64,000 nt of DNA from positions 2,020 through 66,019 of the forward strand of contig MGTU01000023.1 in assembly GCA_001799615.1 (NCBI GenBank), in the 5' to 3' direction. Positions 1 through 9,135 of the stretch are shown piece by piece. Source of the stretch: Elusimicrobia bacterium GWA2_61_42 (lineage in GTDB: Bacteria > Elusimicrobiota > Elusimicrobia > Elusimicrobiales > UBA9959). The notes below the pieces were generated by a model that saw nothing but the letters and a program-made list of their open reading frames with translations, made no database searches and was not told the origin of the DNA. Position 1 is the stretch's first letter. Every line of letters starts with the position of its first letter. Position numbers and translations under genes: made by a program.

Positions 1-139
1 GGGCTATCACGTTCTTGTAGCCTTCCAGGGCCTCCTCGTAGCGGCCGGTCTTGTACAGGTCGTTGAATTCCGCGAGCTCGCTGCGGTCGTAGGCCGCCGC
101 CGGCGCCGCGGCCAGCAGCAGTAAAAGCAGCCACTTCAT
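1..139 (-). CDS. TPR-type protein, N-terminal fragment (BatE-like slot); continues beyond window start
   Basis: Hand translation of minus strand from ATG 139-137: MKWLLLLLLAAAPAAAAYDRSELAEFNDLYKTGRYEEALEGYKNVIA.. Signal-like N-terminus, then a TPR-like helix. Begins 5 nt after the BatD-like stop. Truncated by the window edge, so absent from the ORF track. Confidence 0.5.
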   Translation of the reverse strand, partial: MKWLLLLLLAAAPAAAYDRSELAEFNDLYKTGRYEEALEGYKNVIA

Positions 140-144
140 AGCCG

Positions 145-1989
145 TCATTTGCGCAGCTCCTTCTCCAGCATCTCCAGCAGCAGCGAATATTTCTTGGCCA
201 GGTCGGAAGTGCCTTCGGTCCCGGCGGCTTCCGGCGAGAAATGACGCAGTTCCAGGGCCGTCCAGAGTTCCCGGATCTCTTCCAGCGAGCGTTCGCCCGT
301 GGCCGGGAAGCGCTCCTTTATCAGGCCGGCGGCTTTCTTCATGGTCAGCGCGCTTACCTTGACCCCGCACTTATCCGAAAGATAGTTCATGAAAGAGTCG
401 TAGAGCACGGAGACCGCCTCGTTGGGCTTGCCCGCTTTTATCAGGGTTTCGGCTTCTTCTATGTCGCGGGAGGCTTCGCTGCGGGCCCGGCGGAACCGGA
501 AGAGCAGCGGGTTGGCGGATTTGAAGCGGTTGAAGCTGGCCAGCCAGAAGCACAGCGCCAGCAGGGCCGCGGGCAGGGCGTGGGTCCAGGGCGGCAGGGC
601 CATGACCTTGGCGGCCAGGTGGGGCAGCGTGGCCGCGCCGGAGCGCTCGCTGACGTAGCGGATGTCGGCGCCCGAGGCGGTTACCGCCCCCTGCGCGGGC
701 GTCGGGCTGAAATAGACGCTTTTCGCGCCTTCGGCGCCTTTCTCCACCAGCATCGCCACGGGCTCGGTGCGCGTCTCTTTGTAAGCCCCGGCGCGGGGGT
801 CAAAGAAGGAGAACCTCACCGCCGGCAAAGTTTTGCGGCCTTCGGTGCGCGGCACCAGGATATAGGTAAAGGTCTTCTTGCCGCTTATCACGTCCCCTTC
901 TTTGCGGACGTCGAGGGAGCTCATCGTGTCGAAAACCTTGAAGTCGGGCAGCTCCGGCAGCTTGGGTGCGGTGACGGCCTTCAGGTTGCCGCTGCCGGCC
1001 ACGGTTACCGAGAAATTCACGGCTTCGCCCGTCCTGGCCTCGGTGCGGTCGGCGGAGGCGGTTATGGAATAATTCCCGACGGCGCCGGCAAAGTCTGCAG
1101 GGGCGCCGGCGGGCAGCGGCTTTATGTCCAGGCGTATGGTTTCGGTGGTGAACTCCCGGCTTTCGCCCTGCGCCCCGCTCATGGCCAGCATGTTCTGGAA
1201 GAAATTCGGGTCGAACGGGTCCACCGCCGCCTTGGAGGGGATCTGGGCTATGACGGTAAGCGGCTGGATCTCGGCCGGGCCCGCGGTCAGGGCGAAGATG
1301 GCGGTCTTGATCTCGCTGTAGGCGTAGCGCACGCCGCCGATGTCGGTCTCCCCGTTGCGCACCGGCGGCAGGTCCTCGGCGATGAGGTTCTTGAACGACG
1401 GCGGCACGTAGCGGGGGTTGGAACTGAGCGGCACGGAGGTGTAGAACTTTATGCTGAGGTTGATCTGCTCCCCGGGGTAGGCGGACCTTTTGTCGGGCTC
1501 GGCCTTGATGAAGATAGGTTCCCCGCCCTGGGCGGCGGGCCTGCCGGCCGGCCGGCGCGGCTGGCGCTGCGGCGCGGCGGGCTGCGGCGCCGCCTGCTGC
1601 GAGGGCTGGGCGGGTTTGGTAACGGTCACCTGGATCTCCGGGGCGATGGCCTTTTCTTTGCCGTTGAAGACGGTGATGGCCGGGATGCGCTGTATGCCCA
1701 GGAAGCGCGGCGTAAGGATATAGGTGAAAGAGACCGAGGAGGTGATCCGGCCGTTGATGATGGAGATGCTCTGGCTGCGGCCGGAATCGTAAACGTTGAA
1801 ATTCTGCATGTTGGGGAGCTTGGGCTCCGGCATGTTGTGCGAATCCCCGGAGACGGTGACCGTCAGGTAGAGGTTGCCGCTGATCTCCACGGTGTTCCTG
1901 TCCACCTCGGCGGTAACGGCCAGGGCCGCGCCGGCCGGGACGGCCAGCGCCAGCAGGGCGGCGGCGAGCAGCGGGGTAAGCGTTTTCAC
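145..1989 (-). CDS. batD: BatD-like oxygen-tolerance family protein (secreted/membrane-anchored)
   Basis: 614-aa ORF. Signal peptide MKTLTPLLAAALLALAVPAGAALA, beta-rich repeated ectodomains, Pro/Gln/Ala linker, C-terminal TM plus helical tail as in BatD. GTG start overlaps upstream stop (GTGA). Sits after BatA/BatB-like genes. Confidence 0.75.
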   Translation of the reverse strand: MKTLTPLLAAALLALAVPAGAALAVTAEVDRNTVEISGNLYLTVTVSGDSHNMPEPKLPNMQNFNVYDSGRSQSISIINGRITSSVSFTYILTPRFLGIQRIPAITVFNGKEKAIAPEIQVTVTKPAQPSQQAAPQPAAPQRQPRRPAGRPAAQGGEPIFIKAEPDKRSAYPGEQINLSIKFYTSVPLSSNPRYVPPSFKNLIAEDLPPVRNGETDIGGVRYAYSEIKTAIFALTAGPAEIQPLTVIAQIPSKAAVDPFDPNFFQNMLAMSGAQGESREFTTETIRLDIKPLPAGAPADFAGAVGNYSITASADRTEARTGEAVNFSVTVAGSGNLKAVTAPKLPELPDFKVFDTMSSLDVRKEGDVISGKKTFTYILVPRTEGRKTLPAVRFSFFDPRAGAYKETRTEPVAMLVEKGAEGAKSVYFSPTPAQGAVTASGADIRYVSERSGAATLPHLAAKVMALPPWTHALPAALLALCFWLASFNRFKSANPLLFRFRRARSEASRDIEEAETLIKAGKPNEAVSVLYDSFMNYLSDKCGVKVSALTMKKAAGLIKERFPATGERSLEEIRELWTALELRHFSPEAAGTEGTSDLAKKYSLLLEMLEKELRK

Positions 1990-3737
1990 CAGTCCTCCAT
2001 CCTGGGGACCGGCGGCGGCTTGCCGGCCTGGCGCAGGGCGCGCTGGGCGGCTTGCGGGTCGCGGGCCTCGGCTTTTTCTTTTTCTTTCATCATTTCAAGT
2101 ATCTGCCGGCTTTTTTCTTTGGCTTCGGCTTTCTTGCGTTCCTGCTCTTTTTTCTTTTCCTGCTCCTGCTGCTGCTTGTCGTCTTTCTTGTCGGACGGCT
2201 TTTTCTCCTGGTCCTTCTTGTCCTGGTCTTTTTTCTCCTGGTCTTTCTTGTCGTCCTTGGGGTCCTTGCAGGAGTTCTTTTTTTTCTGCTCCAGCGCTTT
2301 CTGCAGGTTGAACCTGGCGTTCTCGTCCTTCGGGTCCAGGGCGAGGGCCGCGCGGTAGCCGGCTATGGCCCCGGGCAGGTCGCCGGCCCGGTAAAGCGCG
2401 TTGCCCCGGTTGTAATGGGCCTTCGCGGCGATCTTCGGCGAGGCCGCGGCCTGCCCGAAGAATTCCCCCGCCTTCGCGTAGTCCTCCAGCCGGTAAAAAG
2501 CGTCGCCGGTGTTGAAGTCCAGGCGCTTGTCGGCGGGGTTCTTTTCCAGGGCCCGGGAATAGTACTCGAAAGCTTTGGGCCAGTCCTGCTTGTTATAGGC
2601 GGAATTGCCTTTCCGCGCCAGCGCGCCGCCCTCGTCGGCGGCCAGGCCCGCCGGCAGCGAGAGCAGCAGGGCCGCCGTTACGGCCGCCGCGCCTTTGGGC
2701 GCGCCTGCGGCGGCTTTCCTGAGCCAGGAGAATTCAAGTTTAAAGCCCTTCTCCATCAGGGTTAATTCTATCAAAAGCAGGAGCAGGGCCAAAGCCAGCG
2801 GCCACTGGTAGCGGTTCTTGAAATTGGAGCCGCCCTTGCCTTTGCTTTTTTCCAGGTCCAGCGCGCTTACCGCCTTGCGCACTTCTTCCGCCGCGGTGTC
2901 GGGGCCGGAATAGCGCAGGTAGGCCGCGCCGGTGCGGCTGGCGATCTTCATCAGCTCGGTCTCCCCCAGGCGGCTTACCACGGTCTTGCCGGAGGAGTCC
3001 TTCTTGTATTCGAGGGTGTTGCCGGCGGAATCGTTCATGGGGATCAGTTCCCCGTCCGGGGTGCCGATGCCGATGGTGAAGATCTTCAGGTTCTGCTTCG
3101 CCGCTTCCTCCAGCGCGGTGTTCAGCACCGAGGAGTGGTCTTCCCCGTCGGTGATGAGCACCATCACTTTCTGCCCGCCGTAGCGCGACAGCATGTTGAG
3201 GGTAGTGCCGATGGCCTCGGAGAAGTCCGTGCCCTGCCCCGGCAGCATGCCCGGCGTCAGCGCCGAGGCGAAATAGGTTATGGCGTCCTGGTCGGTGGTA
3301 AGCGGGCACTGCACGTAGCCCTCGCCGGCGAAGGCCACCACGCCTATCCTGTACCCCGCGAATTTTTCGGCGATGGCGCCCAGCAGCAGGCGCGCGTTCT
3401 CCAGGCGGCTGGGCTTGATGTCGCGCGCCGCCATGGACAGCGAGGTGTCCACCGCTATCACGATATTGCCTTTCAGGTCGGTCACCGGGGTCAGTTCCAC
3501 GCCCCACTGCGGCCCGGCCGCGGCGGCCGCCGCCAGCCCCAGGGCGCAGAGGTAAAGGAGCCCGCGCAGGCGCCTGCGGGCGGAGGCCGGCCCCAGGACG
3601 AGCCGCTCGAAAGAGGGGCCCAGCAGCAGGCGGGCCGCCTCCAGGCGGCTTAGCTCGGCCTTGTAGCGGAAAAAGACCAGCCCCGCCAGCGCGAAGCAGG
3701 CCCAGGCGAGAACCGAAGGATATCTGAACAGGTCCAT
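1986..3737 (-). CDS. VWA + TPR membrane protein (BatB/BatC-like fusion) with highly charged C-terminal tail
   Basis: 583-aa ORF. N-terminal TMs, VWA MIDAS motif (AVDTSLSMAARD), a further TM, then TPR repeats (YNKQDWPKAFEYYSRALE, FYRLEDYAKAGEFF, YNRGNALYRAGDLPGAIAGY). Ends in about 100 aa of Lys/Glu/Asp/Gln-rich sequence. Confidence 0.85.
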   Translation of the reverse strand: MDLFRYPSVLAWACFALAGLVFFRYKAELSRLEAARLLLGPSFERLVLGPASARRRLRGLLYLCALGLAAAAAAGPQWGVELTPVTDLKGNIVIAVDTSLSMAARDIKPSRLENARLLLGAIAEKFAGYRIGVVAFAGEGYVQCPLTTDQDAITYFASALTPGMLPGQGTDFSEAIGTTLNMLSRYGGQKVMVLITDGEDHSSVLNTALEEAAKQNLKIFTIGIGTPDGELIPMNDSAGNTLEYKKDSSGKTVVSRLGETELMKIASRTGAAYLRYSGPDTAAEEVRKAVSALDLEKSKGKGGSNFKNRYQWPLALALLLLLIELTLMEKGFKLEFSWLRKAAAGAPKGAAAVTAALLLSLPAGLAADEGGALARKGNSAYNKQDWPKAFEYYSRALEKNPADKRLDFNTGDAFYRLEDYAKAGEFFGQAAASPKIAAKAHYNRGNALYRAGDLPGAIAGYRAALALDPKDENARFNLQKALEQKKKNSCKDPKDDKKDQEKKDQDKKDQEKKPSDKKDDKQQQEQEKKKEQERKKAEAKEKSRQILEMMKEKEKAEARDPQAAQRALRQAGKPPPVPRMEDW

Positions 3738-3747
3738 AGTCTTTTAC

Positions 3748-4734
3748 TTACGGTATCGTCCTGAAATACGTTCTTTCCAGCAGGTACAGCCCGGCCAGCA
3801 GCGCCAGCGCGGGCGCCAGGAAATAAAGGTAGAGGTCGGTGTAGCTGGTGTAGCTCTTCGCCTCGAACTTGGTTCTTTCCAGCGCGTCGATCCTCGAATA
3901 GATCTTTTCAAGCTCCGCGTAATTCTTGGCGCGGTAGAATTCCCCGCCGCTGAGGGCGGCTATTTCGCGCAGCGTCGGCTCGTCCAGGTCGTCTTCGATA
4001 TACCCTATGGGCTGCATCGGGTCGCCGGTGCTGACCTTGGCTTTCCCTTTGCCGGCCGTGCCGATGGTGTAGATCTTTATGTCGTACGCGGCCGCCGTCC
4101 TGGCGGCCAGCGGCAGGTCGGTCACCAGGCCCACGTTGGAGCGGCCGTCGGTCAGCAGCACGATCACCTTGCTCTTGGCCTTGCTCTCCTTCAGGTGGTT
4201 GACGGCGGTGATGATGGCGTCGCCGATGGCGGTGCCGTCCGCCTTGCTCATGTTCAGGTAGGCGGAGTCCAGCAGTTCCAGCACCGACTGGTAGTCCAGC
4301 GTGAGGGGGCAGGTAAGCAGGGCGTTGCCGCCGAAGACGGTTACGCCGATGCGGTCGTGCTGGCGCTTGTTCACGAAATTAGCGGCGGCAGCCTTGGCGG
4401 CTTCCAGCCGGGTGAAGGGGTGGAAGTCCTCGGCGGCCATGCTGCCGGAGGTGTCCAGGGTCAGCATTATGTCTATGCCCTCGGCGGGCGGGACCTCGCC
4501 GCGGGCGGCCTGCTGGGGGCGCGCCAGCGCCAGGATCAGCAGGGCGCAGGCCAGCACCCTGGTCCAGAACGGGACAAAACCGAAGAGCCTGGAGCGCAGG
4601 GTCTGCCTGGGCGGCAGGCCGGAGGGTACCGGCGCGGCGTTGAAGCGGCGGCCTTTCTGCGCCCGCGCCAGCCCCGCCAGCACGCCCAGGAGCGGCAGCA
4701 GCAGCAGGAGCAGGGGCTGTTTGAATTCCATCAT
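3748..4734 (-). CDS. batA: BatA-like VWA domain membrane protein
   Basis: 328-aa ORF. Two N-terminal TMs, VWA domain with MIDAS motif LDTSGSMAAED, C-terminal TM (LYLYFLAPALALLAGLYLL). Confidence 0.85.
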   Translation of the reverse strand: MMEFKQPLLLLLLPLLGVLAGLARAQKGRRFNAAPVPSGLPPRQTLRSRLFGFVPFWTRVLACALLILALARPQQAARGEVPPAEGIDIMLTLDTSGSMAAEDFHPFTRLEAAKAAAANFVNKRQHDRIGVTVFGGNALLTCPLTLDYQSVLELLDSAYLNMSKADGTAIGDAIITAVNHLKESKAKSKVIVLLTDGRSNVGLVTDLPLAARTAAAYDIKIYTIGTAGKGKAKVSTGDPMQPIGYIEDDLDEPTLREIAALSGGEFYRAKNYAELEKIYSRIDALERTKFEAKSYTSYTDLYLYFLAPALALLAGLYLLERTYFRTIP

Positions 4735-5681
4735 GGCAGTTTTTTCTCCGCCAGGGCGGCGGCCGCCGCGGTCCTGGCCGCTTCGGCGGCGGCGTTAAAG
4801 TCCGCCAGCAGGGTTTCCAGCGCGGCCGCGTCGGCCGCGGCGTCCTCCGGCTGCAGCCTGGCGAACTTCACCAGGTCGGCTTTCTGCAAAAATTCCCTGG
4901 CTTTCAGGGTGGTCTTGAGGTCGGCCCCCGTTTTTTTCAGTTCCCGCGCCAGGTCCGAAGTGGTCATCAGTTCGGCGTTTATGGAAAATTCCTCGGCCAG
5001 GTAAAAGCGCAGTACGGAGGCCAGGCCGATATAATACTCCTTCAGCCTGCCCGCCGCGGCCAGACCGGACTTGCCCACCCCCCCCAGGCGGTCTTTGGCG
5101 CGCTGGTAGGGCGTCCGGGGATCGGTCCACAGCCGGGCCGCGGTCAGCCCGGAGCGGGGCCGGAAGCGGCGGTAAAGCAGCAGCGCGGCCCCGGCGGCCA
5201 GCGCGGCGGCCAGCAGCCAGAGCCAGGGGAGGTAGCGGAAAGGCGGGTAGATGTCGCGGATATCTTCGTCCTGCTTGCTTTCAAAAGCCGGCAGTATTTC
5301 CAGCACGAACGACGGGCTTTTGGCCGCGGCGCCGGGCCCCCCCGCGCCGTACAGCGTCCAGGAAAGCTCGGGGAAGGTGCTTACGCCCAGGGTGAAAGCC
5401 TGCACCCTGAGTTCGAACGTTTCGGTCTTTACCCCGCCGGCCGCGGCGCCGCCGGAGCTTTTAAAAGAAAGCAGCCCGAAATCCTGGCCCTCCAGCGAGG
5501 CCGTGTCGGGGCGCACGGAGTACTTCTCCGGGAAAGTGGTTTCCACTTTAAGCTTGAACACTTCCGCCAGGCGCGGCTTGGCCGCCGGCGGGGTGATCTT
5601 GAAAGAAACGGTTTCCCCCGCCCCCGCGTAAAGCGGGGCCAGGACCAGCGCGGCCAGGAGGAGGAAAGAAGTTTTGCTCAT
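4731..5681 (-). CDS. Hypothetical membrane protein of the Bat operon (signal peptide, beta ectodomain, one TM, helical tail)
   Basis: 316-aa ORF with 4-nt overlaps on both sides. Signal peptide, TM LPWLWLLAAALAAGAALLLY. Occupies the slot of the small membrane protein found between DUF58 and BatA genes in Bat operons. Confidence 0.6.
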   Translation of the reverse strand: MSKTSFLLLAALVLAPLYAGAGETVSFKITPPAAKPRLAEVFKLKVETTFPEKYSVRPDTASLEGQDFGLLSFKSSGGAAAGGVKTETFELRVQAFTLGVSTFPELSWTLYGAGGPGAAAKSPSFVLEILPAFESKQDEDIRDIYPPFRYLPWLWLLAAALAAGAALLLYRRFRPRSGLTAARLWTDPRTPYQRAKDRLGGVGKSGLAAAGRLKEYYIGLASVLRFYLAEEFSINAELMTTSDLARELKKTGADLKTTLKAREFLQKADLVKFARLQPEDAAADAAALETLLADFNAAAEAARTAAAAALAEKKLP

Positions 5682-6565
5682 AAGCCGCGGAAGATCTTCC
5701 TGCGCTGCCGGAAAAATTTTACCACGGGGCCGTACACGGGCAGCGCGGGGTCGACGTCGATCCAGTCGGCGCCGGCGGAGCGCAGCAGGTCCTCCAGCGC
5801 CGCGCGCCGGGCGGCCGCCGCGGCCCGGTACTCCTCCCTGAACGCCGGGCTGGAAAGGTCCGCGGTAAAGGCGGGGCCGCCTTCCAGGGGCTCGGAGACC
5901 AGCAGGGCGCGGGCCTCCGGCAGGGCTTTTTCGAAGCGGTCGGTGATCACTACGGGGATCAGGTCGTGGCGGCGGGCGGTAAGGCGCGCTTCTTTGGCGT
6001 AGTCCGGGGCGTTGAAATCGGAGATCAGGATTATTATGCCGCGGCGCTTCATCACGCGGTTGGCCGTCCTCAGCGCCAGGGCCAGGTCGGTGCCGCGGCT
6101 CTTGGGCGTATAGGCCAGCAGTTCGCGGATGATGCGCAGGCTGTGGTTCTTGCCCTTCCTGGGCGGGATGTACAGCTCCGTCTTGTCCGAGAACAGCAGC
6201 AGGCCGCTCTTGTCGCTGTTCTTCAGGGCGGAGAAGGCGAACATGGCCGCCAGTTCCGCGGCGGCCTCGCTCTTGGGTTTTTCCCCGGAGCCGAAGGCCT
6301 GCGACGCGGAGACGTCGCAGAGAATCATCAGCGTCAGCTCGCGCTCCTCGACGAACTGCTTGACGAAAGGCTTGTTCGCGCGGGCGGTCACGTTCCAGTC
6401 GATCGAGCGGATGTCGTCGCCGGGCACGTACTCGCGCACTTCGGAAAATTCTATGCCGCGGCCCTTGAACACGCTCTGGTACTGGCCGGCGAAGGTCTCG
6501 CTGACCAGGCGCCCGGTCTTGATCTCTATCTGCCGGACCTTCTTGAGTATTTCAGCTGTGTTCAT
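5678..6565 (-). CDS. DUF58 domain protein (MoxR-associated VWA-like)
   Basis: 295-aa ORF. DUF58 hallmark DDIRSIDWNVTAR followed by a VWA-like segment (LMILCDVSASQ). Directly downstream of the MoxR ATPase. Confidence 0.85.
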   Translation of the reverse strand: MNTAEILKKVRQIEIKTGRLVSETFAGQYQSVFKGRGIEFSEVREYVPGDDIRSIDWNVTARANKPFVKQFVEERELTLMILCDVSASQAFGSGEKPKSEAAAELAAMFAFSALKNSDKSGLLLFSDKTELYIPPRKGKNHSLRIIRELLAYTPKSRGTDLALALRTANRVMKRRGIIILISDFNAPDYAKEARLTARRHDLIPVVITDRFEKALPEARALLVSEPLEGGPAFTADLSSPAFREEYRAAAAARRAALEDLLRSAGADWIDVDPALPVYGPVVKFFRQRRKIFRGL

Positions 6566-6599
6566 AGGGCGCGGTTTTGGGGCGCGGAACTCCTGAACT

Positions 6600-7589
6600 T
6601 TACGGCACTTCCACGGCTTCGAAGATGCTCTTGATGATGTCTTCGGAGCCGATGTTCTCCGCTTCCGCCTCGTAAGTCAGCAGCACGCGGTGGCGCATGA
6701 TGTCGAAGCCCACGGCCTTGATGTCTTCGGGGGTGACGTAGCCGCGGCCGTTTATGAACGCGTAGGCCTTGGCGGCCTGGATCATGTAGATGCTGGCGCG
6801 CGGGCTGGCGCCGTAGTTGATCCAGGGCTTGATCTTTTCCAGGCCGTGCTTTTCGGGCTCGCGCGTGGCTATCACCAGGTCCAGCACGTAATTCTTTATC
6901 TTGTCGTCCACGTAGATCAGGTCGGCGGTCTGGCGGGCTTTCAGCACCTGCTCGGCGCTGACCGCCTTGCCGGCCGCCGGCAGGGTCTGGCGCGCCATCA
7001 GTTCCAGCACGCGGCCTTCCTCCAGCTTGGTCGGGTAGGTGATGTTCACCTTGAGCATGAAGCGGTCCACCTGCGCTTCCGGCAGCGGGTAGGTGCCTTC
7101 CTGCTCTATCGGGTTCTGGGTGGCCAGCACCATGAACAGCTCCGGCAGCTTGTAGGTGGAGTCCGAGATGGTCACCTGGCGCTCCTGCATGCCTTCCAGC
7201 AGGGCGCTCTGCACCTTGGCCGGGGCGCGGTTGATCTCGTCGGCGAGGATGATGTTGGCGAAGATGGGCCCCTTGCGCACGGCGAAGGTGTTCTCCTTGG
7301 GGTTGAAGACCAGCGTGCCCACGATGTCGGCGGGCAGCAGGTCCGGCGTGAACTGGATGCGCTGGAAGGAGGCGGAGATGGCCGCGGCCAGCGTCTTTAC
7401 CGTCAGGGTCTTGGCCAGGCCCGGCACGCCTTCCACCAGCACGTGCCCGTTGGCGATAAGCCCGACGAGCAGCCCGTTGATCAGGTCCTCCTGGCCCACC
7501 ACCACTTTCGCCATTTCCTTGCGGAGGTCCTGGATGAAAAGGGCGTCCTGCTGAATTTTATGGTTCAGTTTAGAGATTTCCGAGTCCAT
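6600..7589 (-). CDS. MoxR-family AAA+ ATPase
   Basis: 329-aa ORF. Walker A GVPGLAKT, Walker B ILADEINRAPAK. Family-typical sequence along the full length. Confidence 0.9.
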   Translation of the reverse strand: MDSEISKLNHKIQQDALFIQDLRKEMAKVVVGQEDLINGLLVGLIANGHVLVEGVPGLAKTLTVKTLAAAISASFQRIQFTPDLLPADIVGTLVFNPKENTFAVRKGPIFANIILADEINRAPAKVQSALLEGMQERQVTISDSTYKLPELFMVLATQNPIEQEGTYPLPEAQVDRFMLKVNITYPTKLEEGRVLELMARQTLPAAGKAVSAEQVLKARQTADLIYVDDKIKNYVLDLVIATREPEKHGLEKIKPWINYGASPRASIYMIQAAKAYAFINGRGYVTPEDIKAVGFDIMRHRVLLTYEAEAENIGSEDIIKSIFEAVEVP

Positions 7590-7653
7590 GTCTTTTCCCT
7601 ATCTTGCGGAGTTTAGTCTGAAAGTTTTCAGGGCGCGGGCCTGCGGTATTTTT

Positions 7654-8277
7654 TTATTCTATGCGGAAGAGCGGCTTGCTCTCGATCTCGCGGAGCTGCT
7701 GCTCTTTATGCGCTTCTATGTCGCGGCGGATGCGGTTGACCGCCTCCAGCGATTTCAGGCGCACTTCCTCGTCGTAATCCTGCAGCGCCCTGTTGAGGGC
7801 GATAATGCCCTCTTTATTCGAAAAATTGCCGATGGCCTCCACGGCCGCCAGGCGGGTTTCCCGGTCGTAGTCCTTGAGGACTTCGGTGAGCAGGGACAGG
7901 CTCAGCTTGCTCTTGTCCTTGGAGAGCATCATGATAAGGCTCTTCTTGACCGACGCCTCGGTCTCGTTCTCGAACATGTTCTTGATCACGGCCGGGGCGC
8001 TCTCGTCCTGCAGCTGCCAGAGCAGCTCGGCGGCGGCGAAGCGGACCTTCTCGTTGGAGTCCTCGGTCAGGGCGCGCAGCGTCTTGATCGTCTGCAGCGA
8101 AAATTTCATCATGTAGACCCTTTCGCTCTTGGCCGGCAGCGGGACCTCTTCCAGCGTCTTGAGCTGGTCCTTTTTCGCCAGCTGCACCATTTCCTTGCGG
8201 GCGGCTTCGCGCTTGTGCTGGTTGACGAGGTAGTAGACCCCGGAGACGAAGATCAAAAGCATCAAAAACCATTTCAT
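7654..8277 (-). CDS. HEAT-repeat protein with N-terminal membrane anchor
   Basis: 207-aa ORF. N-terminal TM (WFLMLLIFVSGVYYLV), then HEAT/PBS-lyase-like repeats (VRFAAAELLWQL, ETRLAAVEAIGNF, EEVRLKSLEAVNRI). Confidence 0.65.
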   Translation of the reverse strand: MKWFLMLLIFVSGVYYLVNQHKREAARKEMVQLAKKDQLKTLEEVPLPAKSERVYMMKFSLQTIKTLRALTEDSNEKVRFAAAELLWQLQDESAPAVIKNMFENETEASVKKSLIMMLSKDKSKLSLSLLTEVLKDYDRETRLAAVEAIGNFSNKEGIIALNRALQDYDEEVRLKSLEAVNRIRRDIEAHKEQQLREIESKPLFRIE

Positions 8278-9098
8278 AAGCGGATCCCCCTGAATGAGAG
8301 CGTAATTTTGCCGCCGCGCACCGTCGCGGAGGCGACTTCCGGGTCTTTCATCTTTTTCCAGCCGGGCAGGCCGTCGGCGGGCTCGCTGGAAAAAACGACG
8401 CGGTCTTTTTCCCGGCGCCAGGCTATGCGGCCGAAGTCCCAGCCCGGGGTCAGCAGCGCGCTTTTCTTCTTAAGAGGCGAATGACAGAGCACCGCCAGGG
8501 AATCTTTGGAGGCCAGGAACATGTTCAGGCCGCGGTAAGGGCCGTCCAGCCCGGGGTACTTGTCCTTGACCGAGATCCAGATGGTGCGGATCTCGTCCAG
8601 CGCCATCTCGAGCGCGGCGTCCAGGGACCCGTAGGCGTCCAGCATCTTGACCACCTGCCAGAACAGCACTTCGGAATCGTTGACGCCCTTTACGCGGGCG
8701 GCGTACTTGCCCAGCAGGGAGCGGACCTCGTCTTTTATGAACAGCGTGCCGTTGTGCGCGAAGGCCAGCCCCTCGCCGTAGAAAGGCTGGGTGTTGGCCA
8801 GGCCGACCAGGCGGGACTTCGGGAGCTTGCCGGGGTTGGAGGCCTCGCGCAGGTGGGCCAGGGTGACGCGGGACGTTCCGGCGGCCGCTTTTTCGAACTC
8901 TTTTTTTTCCAGCCGGGCCGGGCCGGGGCTTTTATAGGACAGGATCCCCTTCGGCACGAAACGGGCTATCCCCCAGCCGTCGTCCTGGAAGCGGCCGGGT
9001 ACGGCGCCGGCCTGGGCCAGCAGGGACCTGGGGCCTCCGCACAGGAGGTCCCGGGTGGAAACCGGTTCAGGAGAAATAGCCGCGGTTATTCTGCACAT
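8274..9098 (-). CDS. Class II (Ntn-type) glutamine amidotransferase domain protein
   Basis: 274-aa ORF starting MC.. (Cys2 nucleophile), with GWGIA, NTQPF and HNG motifs. First gene of the long minus-strand operon; 4-nt overlap with the HEAT gene. Confidence 0.75.
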   Translation of the reverse strand: MCRITAAISPEPVSTRDLLCGGPRSLLAQAGAVPGRFQDDGWGIARFVPKGILSYKSPGPARLEKKEFEKAAAGTSRVTLAHLREASNPGKLPKSRLVGLANTQPFYGEGLAFAHNGTLFIKDEVRSLLGKYAARVKGVNDSEVLFWQVVKMLDAYGSLDAALEMALDEIRTIWISVKDKYPGLDGPYRGLNMFLASKDSLAVLCHSPLKKKSALLTPGWDFGRIAWRREKDRVVFSSEPADGLPGWKKMKDPEVASATVRGGKITLSFRGIRL

Positions 9099-9106
9099 TT
9101 ACCTAT

Positions 9107-9135
9107 ATCTTATTTAATTTCAGCGGGGTATTCAA
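9107..9135 (-). promoter_or_regulatory. Putative sigma70-type promoter of the Bat-type operon (leaderless arrangement)
   Basis: Minus strand reads TTGAAT (9135-9130), 17 nt, TAAGAT (9112-9107), 8 nt, ATG (9098). No room for a Shine-Dalgarno leader. Confidence 0.4.

Noticed and set aside
241-2358. 705-aa plus-strand ORF, and similar very long ORFs antisense to annotated genes: 24496-26109, 29079-31502, 43313-44422, 44565-45725, 45374-46564, 48167-49387, 58962-60098, 60116-61888 and 62026-63261.
   Set aside because: Each lies opposite a gene with clear family motifs. Their translations are Arg/Gly/Ala/His/Pro-rich low complexity without motifs. High G/C at third codon positions of the true gene removes stop codons from the antisense frames. 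ORF 29079-31502 even runs straight across the boundary of two real genes.
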